In this document: positions 39,121 through 48,304 of the stretch, in pieces
Layout: the number at the start of each line of letters is the position of its first letter
Position numbering within the stretch: position 1 is the first letter of the stretch
NCBI GenBank assembly: GCA_000991415.1
Contig: LBRM01000004.1
Span: 1,398 to 65,397, forward strand
Direction of reading: 5' to 3'
Source of the DNA: Candidatus Nomurabacteria bacterium GW2011_GWA1_36_15
GTDB lineage: Bacteria > Patescibacteriota > Minisyncoccia > Phycocordibacterales > UBA9973
DNA length: 64,000 nucleotides
Notes under the pieces: generated by a model
What the model was told of the DNA's origin: nothing
Seen by the model: only the letters and a program-made list of their open reading frames with translations
The model's database searches: none
Position numbers and translations under genes: made by a program

Positions 39121-39294
39121 ATGTTTAATATTTTTAAAGAAAAATGTCCAGTTTGCAAGATGGAACTAGAAAAAGGAAAAGATTATCCCGAAGAGTTTGG
39201 TAAAAAGTTTTGTTCGGAAAATTGCAAGGAAGAATATAAAAAGCAACCTGTTCGAGAACATTCACAGCATTCTGGTAGTGGATGTTGCCATTAA
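39121..39294 (+). CDS. 57-aa YHS/TRASH-like metal-binding protein (not in ORF track)
   Basis: MFNIFKEKCPVCKMEL...KFCSENCKEEY...GSGCCH*. Confidence 0.8.
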   Translation: MFNIFKEKCPVCKMELEKGKDYPEEFGKKFCSENCKEEYKKQPVREHSQHSGSGCCH

Positions 39295-39386
39295 AAGCGA
39301 AGTCCCGTACCGAAGCGAAGCTTCTGGTTCGGGGGTCTAAAAAATTGAAAATTGAAAATTGATTATTAACCATTTAAATTAGAATT

Positions 39387-39659
39387 ATGGAAAAATTATC
39401 ACTAAAAAAATATGGCTGGAAATGTGTTTTGGGTTCAGAAATAATTTATTTTGTTTGTCTCTTGGGGGGTTTCTTAACTTTGCGTTCTGTCGAGGCTACG
39501 AAATTGCATCATACATTCTTCGAAATATTTCCTGGATTTACGTGGATCACTGTTGGAAGCGTGATACTCGGGGCCATTTATTTCTTTGTTTTCGCTTGGA
39601 TCTTCGCTTCCTATTTTGTTTGGATGCATAATTCAAGTTTGGTTGAAATAAAAAAATAA
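39387..39659 (+). CDS. Small membrane protein (DUF5676-like)
   Basis: Two TMs, FPGFTW motif. Confidence 0.6.
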   Translation: MEKLSLKKYGWKCVLGSEIIYFVCLLGGFLTLRSVEATKLHHTFFEIFPGFTWITVGSVILGAIYFFVFAWIFASYFVWMHNSSLVEIKK

Positions 39660-39691
39660 AATTAATTTATAAAATTTAGAATGATAAGCAT

Positions 39692-39892
39692 ATGAATCAC
39701 GATAATCACAGTTCTAAAGCGATGTGGTGGATGATGATTCCCTGTCTTCTTTTGGTGGTAGTCATACTTTTAGGTGAGGGAAAATTGGCTTCATTTAGAT
39801 ATCTATGGCTTGTCATACTTGGTATCTGTGTGATCCCTCATATATGGATGATGCTTAAGGGACATAGAAGACATGGAAAAAATGATGAATAA
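39692..39892 (+). CDS. Small membrane protein (DUF2933-like)
   Basis: LGICVIPHIWMMLKGH. Confidence 0.6.
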   Translation: MNHDNHSSKAMWWMMIPCLLLVVVILLGEGKLASFRYLWLVILGICVIPHIWMMLKGHRRHGKNDE

Positions 39893-40325
39893 TAATATCA
39901 CAAAACCCATTCTGTACGGAATACTTGCAAGCACAATCTTGCTAGGAGTTTATTTTACAATACTCACATTGGTATCCGACTGGAGTTTTACACAAGATCA
40001 ATTTGCACGTTATTGGTATTTTGTTGTGGGTTTAGCAATGGGTTTTGGAATTCAGATTGCATTGTACCAGCATATTAAAAGTCTAGTACATGGCGGCCAA
40101 GGCATGGGCAAAGTAGTTGGTGTATCTGGAACTACTTCCACCGCTGCTATGATTTCTTGTTGCGTGCATTATTTAGTAAATCTGATACCTGTACTTGGGG
40201 TAACTGGACTTGTAACATTTGTTGCGCAATACCAGGTTGAATTGTTTTGGGTTGGTCTAACTTTTAATATATTCGGTATCGGGTATATGGCAAGTAGAAT
40301 TATTGGATTTAAAAAACATCTGTAG
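39873..40325 (+). CDS. Membrane protein with CCxH motif
   Basis: Four TMs, MISCCVHY; directly upstream of copA. Confidence 0.65.
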   Translation: MEKMMNNNITKPILYGILASTILLGVYFTILTLVSDWSFTQDQFARYWYFVVGLAMGFGIQIALYQHIKSLVHGGQGMGKVVGVSGTTSTAAMISCCVHYLVNLIPVLGVTGLVTFVAQYQVELFWVGLTFNIFGIGYMASRIIGFKKHL

Positions 40326-40399
40326 ACACTTAGGAATTGAAAATTTCCGGCATAGGCGGTGTGGCAAGAAGTTTTACTTGGCAATTCAAATAAAATTAT

Positions 40400-42955
40400 A
40401 TGAAAAAAGAGACATACAAAATTCACGGGATGCATTGCGCCAGTTGTGTTATTACCATTGAAAAAGCACTTTCAAAAACGAATGGAGTGCATTCTGCTTC
40501 AGTCAATTACGCCACAGAATCAGCTCTGATTGAATTTGATGAAAATATTATTTCTGAGCTAGATCTTGCCAAGGTTGTGGATGGAGCAGGGTATCATCTT
40601 ATTATTTCTAATGATACCAAAGTTGATTCTCTTAAAAAAAATGAAATGACTACCGGTGAAAATAGTGAAACAGTTTCAATAAAAGTTTTGGGTATGGATT
40701 CACCACATTGCGCTATGGTTGTGGAAGAAGCCATAAAGAAGTTGTCAGGCATAAAAAATACGGATGTTGATTTTTCAAATCAGCGGGCGAAAGTTGTTTT
40801 TGATTCCCCTTTGCTGAATATTGACGCTATTTTGAAAGTCATTCTTGACGCAGGTTATAAACCAATCAAAGAAGAAGGCGAGGCAGAAGAAATTTTAGAT
40901 AAAGAAAAAATTGAAAGGAAAAAACAGCTAAAAACACTGAAGAGTAAGCTAATTATTGGTGGTATTCTTTCTGCTTTTATATTTTTGGGCAGTTTTCCTG
41001 AATGGTTTTCTTTTGTCCCTAAAATTGTAAACAATAATTTGGTACTTCTTTTGTTGACGACACCAGTGCAGTTTTGGGTAGGTTCTCAATTTTATAGCGG
41101 ACTAAAGCTTCTTTTTAAATATCGCGCGGTTGATATGAATACTTTGATTGCTATTGGAACGTTGGCGGCATATTTTTACAGTGTGGTGGTGACGGTTTTT
41201 CCCTCCTTTTTTATAAAAGGAGGCATAACACCGGCAATCTATTTTGATACATCGGCTATCATTATAGTTTTGATTCTTTTGGGAAAATATTTTGAAGTTT
41301 TAATGAAAGGAAGAGCTTCAGAGGCTATAAAGAAATTGATTGGTTTACAACCGAAAACCGCGAAAATTCTGCGAGATGGCAAAGAAATTGAAATATCAAT
41401 ATCAGAAGTGCAAGTTGGAGATTTAATAGTTGTCCGACCGGGAGAAAGGATTCCAGTGGATGGAAAAATAGTTGAGGGAGAATCGGAAATTGATGAATCA
41501 ATGATTACCGGGGAATCAATGCCGGTCCATAAAAAAATAGATGGCCTTGTTATCGGTAGTACTATAAATAAATTTGGTGCTTTTACTTTCCGTGCGACCA
41601 AGATTGGTAAGGACACGATGCTCTCGCGAATTATTAAAATGGTAGAGGAGGCACAGGGTTCTAAAGCGCCGATTCAACGATTGGCTGATATTGTTTCTTC
41701 TTACTTCGTTCCGGCCGTATTTATCATAGCTGTTCTGAGTTTTATTATTTGGTTCATTTTTGGACCAAATCCTGCTTTTACATTTGCTCTCATTAATTTC
41801 GTAGCAGTTTTGATAATTGCTTGTCCTTGTGCTTTAGGGCTTGCTACCCCCATGGCTATTATGGTTTCTTCCGGTAGTGCTGCTTCTCGAGGTATCTTAA
41901 TTAAAGATGCAGCTTCCCTTGAAATTGCTAATAAAATAAATACAGTAATTTTGGATAAAACAGGCACCCTAACTCAAGGGAAACCGCAACTGACCGATAT
42001 TATTGCGTTTAATGCCAGCCGACAAACAGAGATTCTTACCTTGGCTGCTTCTTTGGAACAGCGTTCAGAACATTCTTTGGCGCAAGCCATATTGCAATAT
42101 GCGGTAAGCCTTGATCAAAAATCTTCACACCCACTCGATAAAATTATCATAGATGAGGCGATAAAAGAAAAAATTGAACTGTATAGATTGGAAGATTTCA
42201 AAGCTATTTCCGGAAAAGGCCTGAAGGGATTTTTGCAGATTCAATCCCAAAAAGTTGAGGCATACTTGGGAAACCGGGCTTTGGTTGCAGATCTTGGATT
42301 GGATGTTTCTTCTTATGAAAATAATATTAGTAAACTTGAAAACGAAGGCAAGACTGTGATGATTCTAGTGGTTGATAAAATTGTTAGAGGCGCACTGGCC
42401 GTGGCCGATGTGTTGAAAAAAGAATCAATTGAAGCAATACAAGCACTCAAAAAAAATGGCATAGAAGTTTGGATGCTTACAGGGGACAATGACCGCACAG
42501 CTAAAGCTATAGCTTCTCAAGTAGGCATAGATAATGTGATGAGTGAAGTATTACCGGATAAAAAGTCAGAAAAAGTGCGCGAGCTTCAAGAACAAGGAAA
42601 AATAGTGGCAATGATTGGAGATGGGATAAACGACGCTCCAGCGCTTACTCAAGCAAATATCGGCATTGCCATGGGTGAAGGTACAGATATCGCTATGGAA
42701 TCAGCCAACATTACTTTGATAAGAGGTGATTTAATGCTTATTTTTGAAGTAATAAAAATTTCAAAACGAACGATGAGAATAATAAAGCAGAATCTTTTCT
42801 GGGCATTTTTCTATAATATTGCCTTTATTCCCGTTGCCGCTGGCGTTCTCTATCCGTTTTTTGGAATTCTACTTAATCCGATTTTTGCCGCTGTGGCTAT
42901 GGCTTTTAGTAGTATCAGTGTTGTCTTCAATTCCTTGAGATTAAGAAGAATATAA
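40400..42955 (+). CDS. copA: Cu(I)-translocating P1B-type ATPase
   Basis: GMHCASC HMA, TGES, CPCALGLA, DKTGT, GDGIND, YN and MAFSS motifs. Confidence 0.95.
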   Translation: MKKETYKIHGMHCASCVITIEKALSKTNGVHSASVNYATESALIEFDENIISELDLAKVVDGAGYHLIISNDTKVDSLKKNEMTTGENSETVSIKVLGMDSPHCAMVVEEAIKKLSGIKNTDVDFSNQRAKVVFDSPLLNIDAILKVILDAGYKPIKEEGEAEEILDKEKIERKKQLKTLKSKLIIGGILSAFIFLGSFPEWFSFVPKIVNNNLVLLLLTTPVQFWVGSQFYSGLKLLFKYRAVDMNTLIAIGTLAAYFYSVVVTVFPSFFIKGGITPAIYFDTSAIIIVLILLGKYFEVLMKGRASEAIKKLIGLQPKTAKILRDGKEIEISISEVQVGDLIVVRPGERIPVDGKIVEGESEIDESMITGESMPVHKKIDGLVIGSTINKFGAFTFRATKIGKDTMLSRIIKMVEEAQGSKAPIQRLADIVSSYFVPAVFIIAVLSFIIWFIFGPNPAFTFALINFVAVLIIACPCALGLATPMAIMVSSGSAASRGILIKDAASLEIANKINTVILDKTGTLTQGKPQLTDIIAFNASRQTEILTLAASLEQRSEHSLAQAILQYAVSLDQKSSHPLDKIIIDEAIKEKIELYRLEDFKAISGKGLKGFLQIQSQKVEAYLGNRALVADLGLDVSSYENNISKLENEGKTVMILVVDKIVRGALAVADVLKKESIEAIQALKKNGIEVWMLTGDNDRTAKAIASQVGIDNVMSEVLPDKKSEKVRELQEQGKIVAMIGDGINDAPALTQANIGIAMGEGTDIAMESANITLIRGDLMLIFEVIKISKRTMRIIKQNLFWAFFYNIAFIPVAAGVLYPFFGILLNPIFAAVAMAFSSISVVFNSLRLRRI

Positions 42956-43031
42956 GCGATGAATTCCTTGTTTACTGACAGATGATTATTTGTAAAAGAA
43001 TATAAAATTTGATAGTATACAGGAATTATAA

Positions 43032-43104
43032 GCCGGCATAGCTCAGTTGGTAGAGCGCCACTTTTGTAAAGTGGATGTCGAGGGTTCAAATCCTTCTGCC
43101 GGCT
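43032..43104 (+). tRNA. tRNA-Thr(TGT), no encoded CCA
   Basis: GCCGGCA/TGCCGGC acceptor stem, anticodon arm CCACT-TTTGTAA-AGTGG, GTTCAAATC T-loop. Confidence 0.95.
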
Positions 43105-43106
43105 CA

Positions 43107-43520
43107 TTATTCTATACCTTCTTCTTCTTTTATTCTATGTTTTATTGCTCTAATCTTATGTCTATATTCTGAAATTATTTTTAAATATTTTGAAACTTCT
43201 TTTTTTTCTGCTGTTTCATCTGAAGTATCTTTTCTAAATTTCTTAAATCTAGTTTTTATTTCTTTTGCTAAAATAGTACTTTTATTTTTTATAAAACTTG
43301 AAGATTTAATGAAGAATCTAAGCATTATGAAAAGGGTTACATAACTTAATTTTTTAGTACCCTTAGAAGCCAGATATTTTATTTTTTGCAAATCTGGAAC
43401 AAAAGGATGCGAATGTTGTGTTTTTACAACCAAACCATTTTTAACAAGTACAAGCTCACGCCATACCATTATAATGATACCGGCTAGTGATAAGAAAAAT
43501 AAAATTAAGGGTAAATACAT
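43107..43520 (-). CDS. Hypothetical membrane-anchored protein
   Basis: 137-aa ORF following tsf. Confidence 0.65.
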   Translation of the reverse strand: MYLPLILFFLSLAGIIIMVWRELVLVKNGLVVKTQHSHPFVPDLQKIKYLASKGTKKLSYVTLFIMLRFFIKSSSFIKNKSTILAKEIKTRFKKFRKDTSDETAEKKEVSKYLKIISEYRHKIRAIKHRIKEEEGIE

Positions 43521-43527
43521 AATATTT

Positions 43528-44325
43528 TTATATTGAATAACGTATTACTTCTTTTATCTTTGCCTTGTTTTTGTCTAAGAGTCCGCTTATTGTTTCCTCT
43601 CCGTTTTTTATAAATACTTGGTCCAGCAAGGTCTTCTCTTTGAAATAGGTATTTATCTTGCCTTCCAATATTTTTTTCTTTATTTCTTCCGGTTTGTCAA
43701 CGCCGGCAATTTCTTTTTGGAAAATTTCACTGATTGTTTTTTTCACATTCTCGGTTATCTCACTTTGGAAAATATATTCTGGTTTCATGGCAGTGATGTG
43801 CATAGCGATATCTTTGGCCAATTCTTCATTTCCGCCCTCTAGAGAAACAACAACAGCAATCTTATTATTATGTACGTAATTTCCCAAAACATTTCCTTTT
43901 ATTTCATATACATCACCAAGTTCTATTTTTTCTCCAGTTTTCTGAATGACAAGATCAATCATGCTTTTTGCTTCCTCTTTCATCTTTTCTATGCCTTCTT
44001 TCATGGCTTTATCTCCCAAATTAGAAAGTAAAGTTACAAAGTCTTCATTTCTGGAAACAAAGTCAGTTTCACAATGAAGGCTAACTAAGATAGATTTTTT
44101 TCCTGTCTGTCCAGGCAAGTTTTCTACTTTAATACAGACTCTTCCATCTTTGGTTTCGCGACTTGCTTTTTTCAAGGCGATATCTGAGCTTGTCTTTTTT
44201 AGAATAGCCAGAGCTTTTTTCATATCTCCTTCAGCTTCTTCTAGTGCATTTTTACACTGCATTACGGAGATGCCTGTCTCATCTCTAAGTTCTTTTATCA
44301 ACTTAGTAGTTATATCTTTAGACAT
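43528..44325 (-). CDS. tsf: Elongation factor Ts
   Basis: KELRDETG..MQCKNAL, CETDFV, IAMHI. Confidence 0.97.
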   Translation of the reverse strand: MSKDITTKLIKELRDETGISVMQCKNALEEAEGDMKKALAILKKTSSDIALKKASRETKDGRVCIKVENLPGQTGKKSILVSLHCETDFVSRNEDFVTLLSNLGDKAMKEGIEKMKEEAKSMIDLVIQKTGEKIELGDVYEIKGNVLGNYVHNNKIAVVVSLEGGNEELAKDIAMHITAMKPEYIFQSEITENVKKTISEIFQKEIAGVDKPEEIKKKILEGKINTYFKEKTLLDQVFIKNGEETISGLLDKNKAKIKEVIRYSI

Positions 44326-44330
44326 ATTGT

Positions 44331-45101
44331 TTATTTTTCTTTGACGGATAAAGACATTGAGCCTTTTTTATAAGCATCAGCGATAGAAGCAGTAAAAAAC
44401 TTGATGGACAATATGCCGGAATCATTGCCGACTATCGGATAATTTATGTCTTTGATATTTGAATCGGAATTTACCAATGCCACGACAGGCACATCTGATT
44501 TTTTGGCTTCTGTGGCAGCTATGTGTTCCGCCTTTGGGTCAATGACAAATAAAGCGTCAGGAGTCTTTTTTAAGCTGATTAAACCCCCGTAATACTTTGA
44601 AAGCTTTTCCATTTTTTTAGCCATAACTACTCGCTCTTTCTTTGTATATTTTTCAAGTCCGCCCTCTACGCTTTCTTTATTATATTTTTCAAGTTCAGTA
44701 ATTCTTTTTTTTATTTCTGTAAAATTACTCAAGGTGCCTCCGATCCAGCGTATATTCACATAAGGCATATTTAAATTTGACGCTTCATTTTTTATTATAT
44801 CTCTAGCCTCGGGTTTTGTACCGACGAAAAGAATAATTTTATTTTGAGCGCCTAGATTTTTAACAAATTCCATTGCTTCTTCAAGCATAACGCTTGTTTT
44901 TTCAAGATCTATTATGTCGCTATTATTTTTGGTGGCATATATATATGAAGAAACAGAAGGATGTCTTCTTGATTTTCCATAGCCATAATGCGCCCCCGCC
45001 TCGAACATTTTTTCTATGCTTGTGGAAACACTCGCATTTCTATTTTCTACCTTCTGTGGCTTCAGGCTCGTAGTTTGTGGCTTCAAGCTTGTAGTTTGCA
45101 T
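44331..45101 (-). CDS. rpsB: 30S ribosomal protein S2
   Basis: AGAHYG, LFVGTK, RWIGGTLSNF, PIVGND. Confidence 0.97.
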   Translation of the reverse strand: MQTTSLKPQTTSLKPQKVENRNASVSTSIEKMFEAGAHYGYGKSRRHPSVSSYIYATKNNSDIIDLEKTSVMLEEAMEFVKNLGAQNKIILFVGTKPEARDIIKNEASNLNMPYVNIRWIGGTLSNFTEIKKRITELEKYNKESVEGGLEKYTKKERVVMAKKMEKLSKYYGGLISLKKTPDALFVIDPKAEHIAATEAKKSDVPVVALVNSDSNIKDINYPIVGNDSGILSIKFFTASIADAYKKGSMSLSVKEK

Positions 45102-45204
45102 AAGGGTCATTCTAGCAAAAGATTCGCATTTTTGCAACCGAGCTATTAATAATAGAGAGTTTTATAACTTTGACCAAAAGACTTTTTTCGGTTAATATGA
45201 AGGA

Positions 45205-46464
45205 ATGAGACAATCTAAACTTTTTACTAAGACTAAGAAAGAGGTTCCAACCGACGAAATGTCAAAAAATGCGGAACTGCTTCTTCGTGGAGGCTTTATT
45301 CATAAGGAAATAGCCGGGGTATATTCATATTTACCTCTTGGCTTGAGTGTTTTAAATAAAATTGAAAATATTATTCGTGAGGAAATGAATGCCATTGGCG
45401 GACAGGAAATTGTTATGACCGCACTTCAAAACCCGGAACTTTGGAAAAAAACTGATCGCTGGGATGATCAAAAAGTAGATATCTGGTTCAAAACAAAATT
45501 AAAAAATGATACAGAACTTGGTTTAGGATTTACTCACGAAGAACCTTTAACTAACATAATGAAAAATTATATAAGTTCCTACCGGGATTTGCCGTGCTAT
45601 GTTTATCAATTTCAAACAAAATTTCGCAACGAAATTCGCGCAAAAAGTGGAGTGATGCGCACTCGGGAGTTTATGATGAAAGACCTTTATTCGTTTTCCA
45701 AAGATGAAAAAGAGCATAATGAATTTTATGAAAAATCAAAAGAGGCTTACAAAAATATTTTTAAAAGAGTAGGCATAGGGCATCTAACTTACATCACTTT
45801 CGCCTCAGGCGGATCTTTTTCAAAATTTTCTCATGAATTTCAGACAGTTAGTGCTACGGGGGAAGATACAATTTATATTAATGAAGAAAATAATGTTGCT
45901 GTCAATAAAGAAGTTTGCGATGATGAAGTTATTTCTAGTCTTGGTTTGGAGAAGAATAAATTAGTTGAAAAAAAAGCAGTGGAAGTTGGAAATATATTTA
46001 CCTTGGGAACTCGTTTTTCAGATGCCCTAGATTTGACTTATCAAACAGAAAAAGGGGATAAAAAGCCAGTATTTATGGGTTCTTATGGTATCGGACCGGC
46101 CCGTCTGATGGGTGCTGTGGTAGAGGTATTAGCCGATGATAAAGGTATAATATGGCCGGAGTCTATTGCTCCCTTTAAGGTACATCTTCTGTCTCTAGGT
46201 GAAGAAGAAAATGTTAAAAAACAAGCGGAATATGTTTATGATACTTTAATGAAAAAAAATATTGAAGTGCTTTTTGACGACAGAAAGGGAATATCCCCGG
46301 GTGAAAAATTTGCTGAGGCGGATCTTTTAGGTATGCCTTATCGGGTAGTTATTTCTGCTCGAAGTATGAAAGATAACGGTATAGAAATAAAAAAACGCAA
46401 CGAAGAAAAAGGACAAAGTGTCTCTTTAGAAGAATTATTAAAATTACTAGCGTCTAATCACTAG
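45205..46464 (+). CDS. proS: Prolyl-tRNA synthetase (no editing domain)
   Basis: THEE, KFRNEIR, REFMMKDLYSF, VEVGNIF, MGSYGIG. Confidence 0.95.
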   Translation: MRQSKLFTKTKKEVPTDEMSKNAELLLRGGFIHKEIAGVYSYLPLGLSVLNKIENIIREEMNAIGGQEIVMTALQNPELWKKTDRWDDQKVDIWFKTKLKNDTELGLGFTHEEPLTNIMKNYISSYRDLPCYVYQFQTKFRNEIRAKSGVMRTREFMMKDLYSFSKDEKEHNEFYEKSKEAYKNIFKRVGIGHLTYITFASGGSFSKFSHEFQTVSATGEDTIYINEENNVAVNKEVCDDEVISSLGLEKNKLVEKKAVEVGNIFTLGTRFSDALDLTYQTEKGDKKPVFMGSYGIGPARLMGAVVEVLADDKGIIWPESIAPFKVHLLSLGEEENVKKQAEYVYDTLMKKNIEVLFDDRKGISPGEKFAEADLLGMPYRVVISARSMKDNGIEIKKRNEEKGQSVSLEELLKLLASNH

Positions 46465-46485
46465 AACCCAACAGCTAATTATTTA

Positions 46486-47532
46486 ATGTTTGATAAAATT
46501 TACAAATTAATTTCAAATGACATTGGCATAGATTTGGGTACCTCAAATACTTTAGTTTATTTGAAAGGGCACGGCATTGTCATTAATGAACCTTCGGTGG
46601 TAGCGGTAAATATTAAAACTAACCAAATTCTGGCAGTAGGTGAAAAAGCGAAAGAGATGCTTGGACGAACTCCCGGACATATCAAAGCAGTTCGTCCGCT
46701 GGTGGATGGCGTCATCTCAGATTTTGAAGTGACAGAAGAAATGCTTTCATATTTGATAAATAAAGCAGATAAAATATCTAAAAAATTTACCAGACCAAGA
46801 GTCTTAATCGGTGTTCCGTCTGGTACCACTAATGTTGAAACGCGCGCTGTTTATGATGCTGCTCGTTCGGCCGGCGCGCGAGAAGTATTTTTGGTAGAAG
46901 AACCAATGGCAGCAGCTATCGGTATTAAACTTCCCATCAGAGATCCTGTTGGCTCTATGATTATAGATATCGGCGGTGGCACAACAGACATCGCAGTAAT
47001 TTCTTTAGGCGGAATTGTTAAATCAAAAAATTTGAAAGTGGCGGGTGACAAATTAAACAATGATATTATTACATACATGCGGGATGAATTTAAAATTTTA
47101 ATCGGTGAAACTACGGCTGAAATGGTTAAAATAGTTATCGGTTCCGCTCTTGCTGGAGAATATATGGAAACAGAAGTACGTGGACGCGATTTATTAACGG
47201 GCTTGCCTCGCGAAGTAGTGGTAACGGATTCCGATATTCGTGAAGCATTTTCCGCCTCAATCAAAGAGCTTATAGAAGGGGTGAAAGACGTATTGGAAAC
47301 AACACCTCCTGAAATTCTATCTGACATAATGCATAGAGGGATTACTCTTTCCGGGGGCGGAGCATTATTACCGGGACTTGGAGAACTCTTGCAGAATGTT
47401 CTTAAAATTCCTGTTTATGTGATAGATGATCCGCTTACGGCCGTGGCTCGAGGCACGGGTGTTATTTTGGATGATATTTCCTCCTATGATGAAGTTTTGA
47501 TTTACAATCAAGATGAGTTACCTCTTAGATAA
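46486..47532 (+). CDS. mreB: Rod shape-determining protein MreB
   Basis: IGIDLGTSNT, DIGGGTT, LSGGGALL. Confidence 0.97.
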   Translation: MFDKIYKLISNDIGIDLGTSNTLVYLKGHGIVINEPSVVAVNIKTNQILAVGEKAKEMLGRTPGHIKAVRPLVDGVISDFEVTEEMLSYLINKADKISKKFTRPRVLIGVPSGTTNVETRAVYDAARSAGAREVFLVEEPMAAAIGIKLPIRDPVGSMIIDIGGGTTDIAVISLGGIVKSKNLKVAGDKLNNDIITYMRDEFKILIGETTAEMVKIVIGSALAGEYMETEVRGRDLLTGLPREVVVTDSDIREAFSASIKELIEGVKDVLETTPPEILSDIMHRGITLSGGGALLPGLGELLQNVLKIPVYVIDDPLTAVARGTGVILDDISSYDEVLIYNQDELPLR

Positions 47533-48304
47533 AAAAATAAAAAGAAATAAATTTTTCAAATATATACTTTTTATCATAGCTTTATTTATTTTAATTTATT
47601 TTAGATCTGGTATTTTTTATGGACTTTCTTATATTTCCAGCATCGTTTTTCGTCCTGTTTTGATTTTAGGAAATAATGTTGGTGAAAAATTATCAAATAC
47701 TGGTTCTTATTTTTATTCTAAAAACTCTCTTCTCTTGGAAAATGAAAATTTTAAATTTAAATTAAAAGAACAAGAAGCAAAAATATCAAATTATAATTCC
47801 ATTTTGGATGAAAATTTAAAGATTAAAGAAATTTTAGGACGCAAACAAGAGAAAACTAATATGGTTCTAGCTAGTATTTTATCTAAACCCAATCAATCTC
47901 CTTACGATACACTCATTATTGATGTGGGTGTGAAAAATGGAATATTGTTAGGACAAAAAGTTTTTGCCTTAGGGAATATACCAATTGGATATATCGCTGA
48001 AATTTACCCAAATTCCGCCAAAGTTATTTTGTTTTCGAATCCGGGAGAAAAAACAGAAGTCATAATTTCTGGAAGGGACACCTTTATGCAAGTGATCGGG
48101 CGGGGCGGAGGAAATTTTGAAATGATTTTGCCGAGGGATTTTATTTTGGAAAAAGGGACGGAAGTGGTTTTACCGGGTATCACGCCTTATACATTGGGAA
48201 TAGTCCAGACGATTCTTTCCGACCCGCGCGACTCCTTCCAAAAAGCATTACTTGCCAGTCCGGTGAATATTTTTGAATTGAAATTTGTGGAAGTGGAACA
48301 GTAA
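47513..48304 (+). CDS. mreC: Rod shape-determining protein MreC
   Basis: TM, coiled coil ENLKIKEILG, IIDVG..NGI; follows mreB. Confidence 0.85.
   Translation: MSYLLDKKIKRNKFFKYILFIIALFILIYFRSGIFYGLSYISSIVFRPVLILGNNVGEKLSNTGSYFYSKNSLLLENENFKFKLKEQEAKISNYNSILDENLKIKEILGRKQEKTNMVLASILSKPNQSPYDTLIIDVGVKNGILLGQKVFALGNIPIGYIAEIYPNSAKVILFSNPGEKTEVIISGRDTFMQVIGRGGGNFEMILPRDFILEKGTEVVLPGITPYTLGIVQTILSDPRDSFQKALLASPVNIFELKFVEVEQ

Noticed and set aside
34807-43104. Copper cluster as an island integrated at tRNA-Thr
   Set aside because: It lies 5' of the tRNA; no integrase or duplicated tRNA end was found.
1188-46464. Short PheS, PheT, ThrS and ProS and missing rimM as pseudogenisation
   Set aside because: Catalytic motifs and frames are intact; consistent with ordinary genome streamlining.
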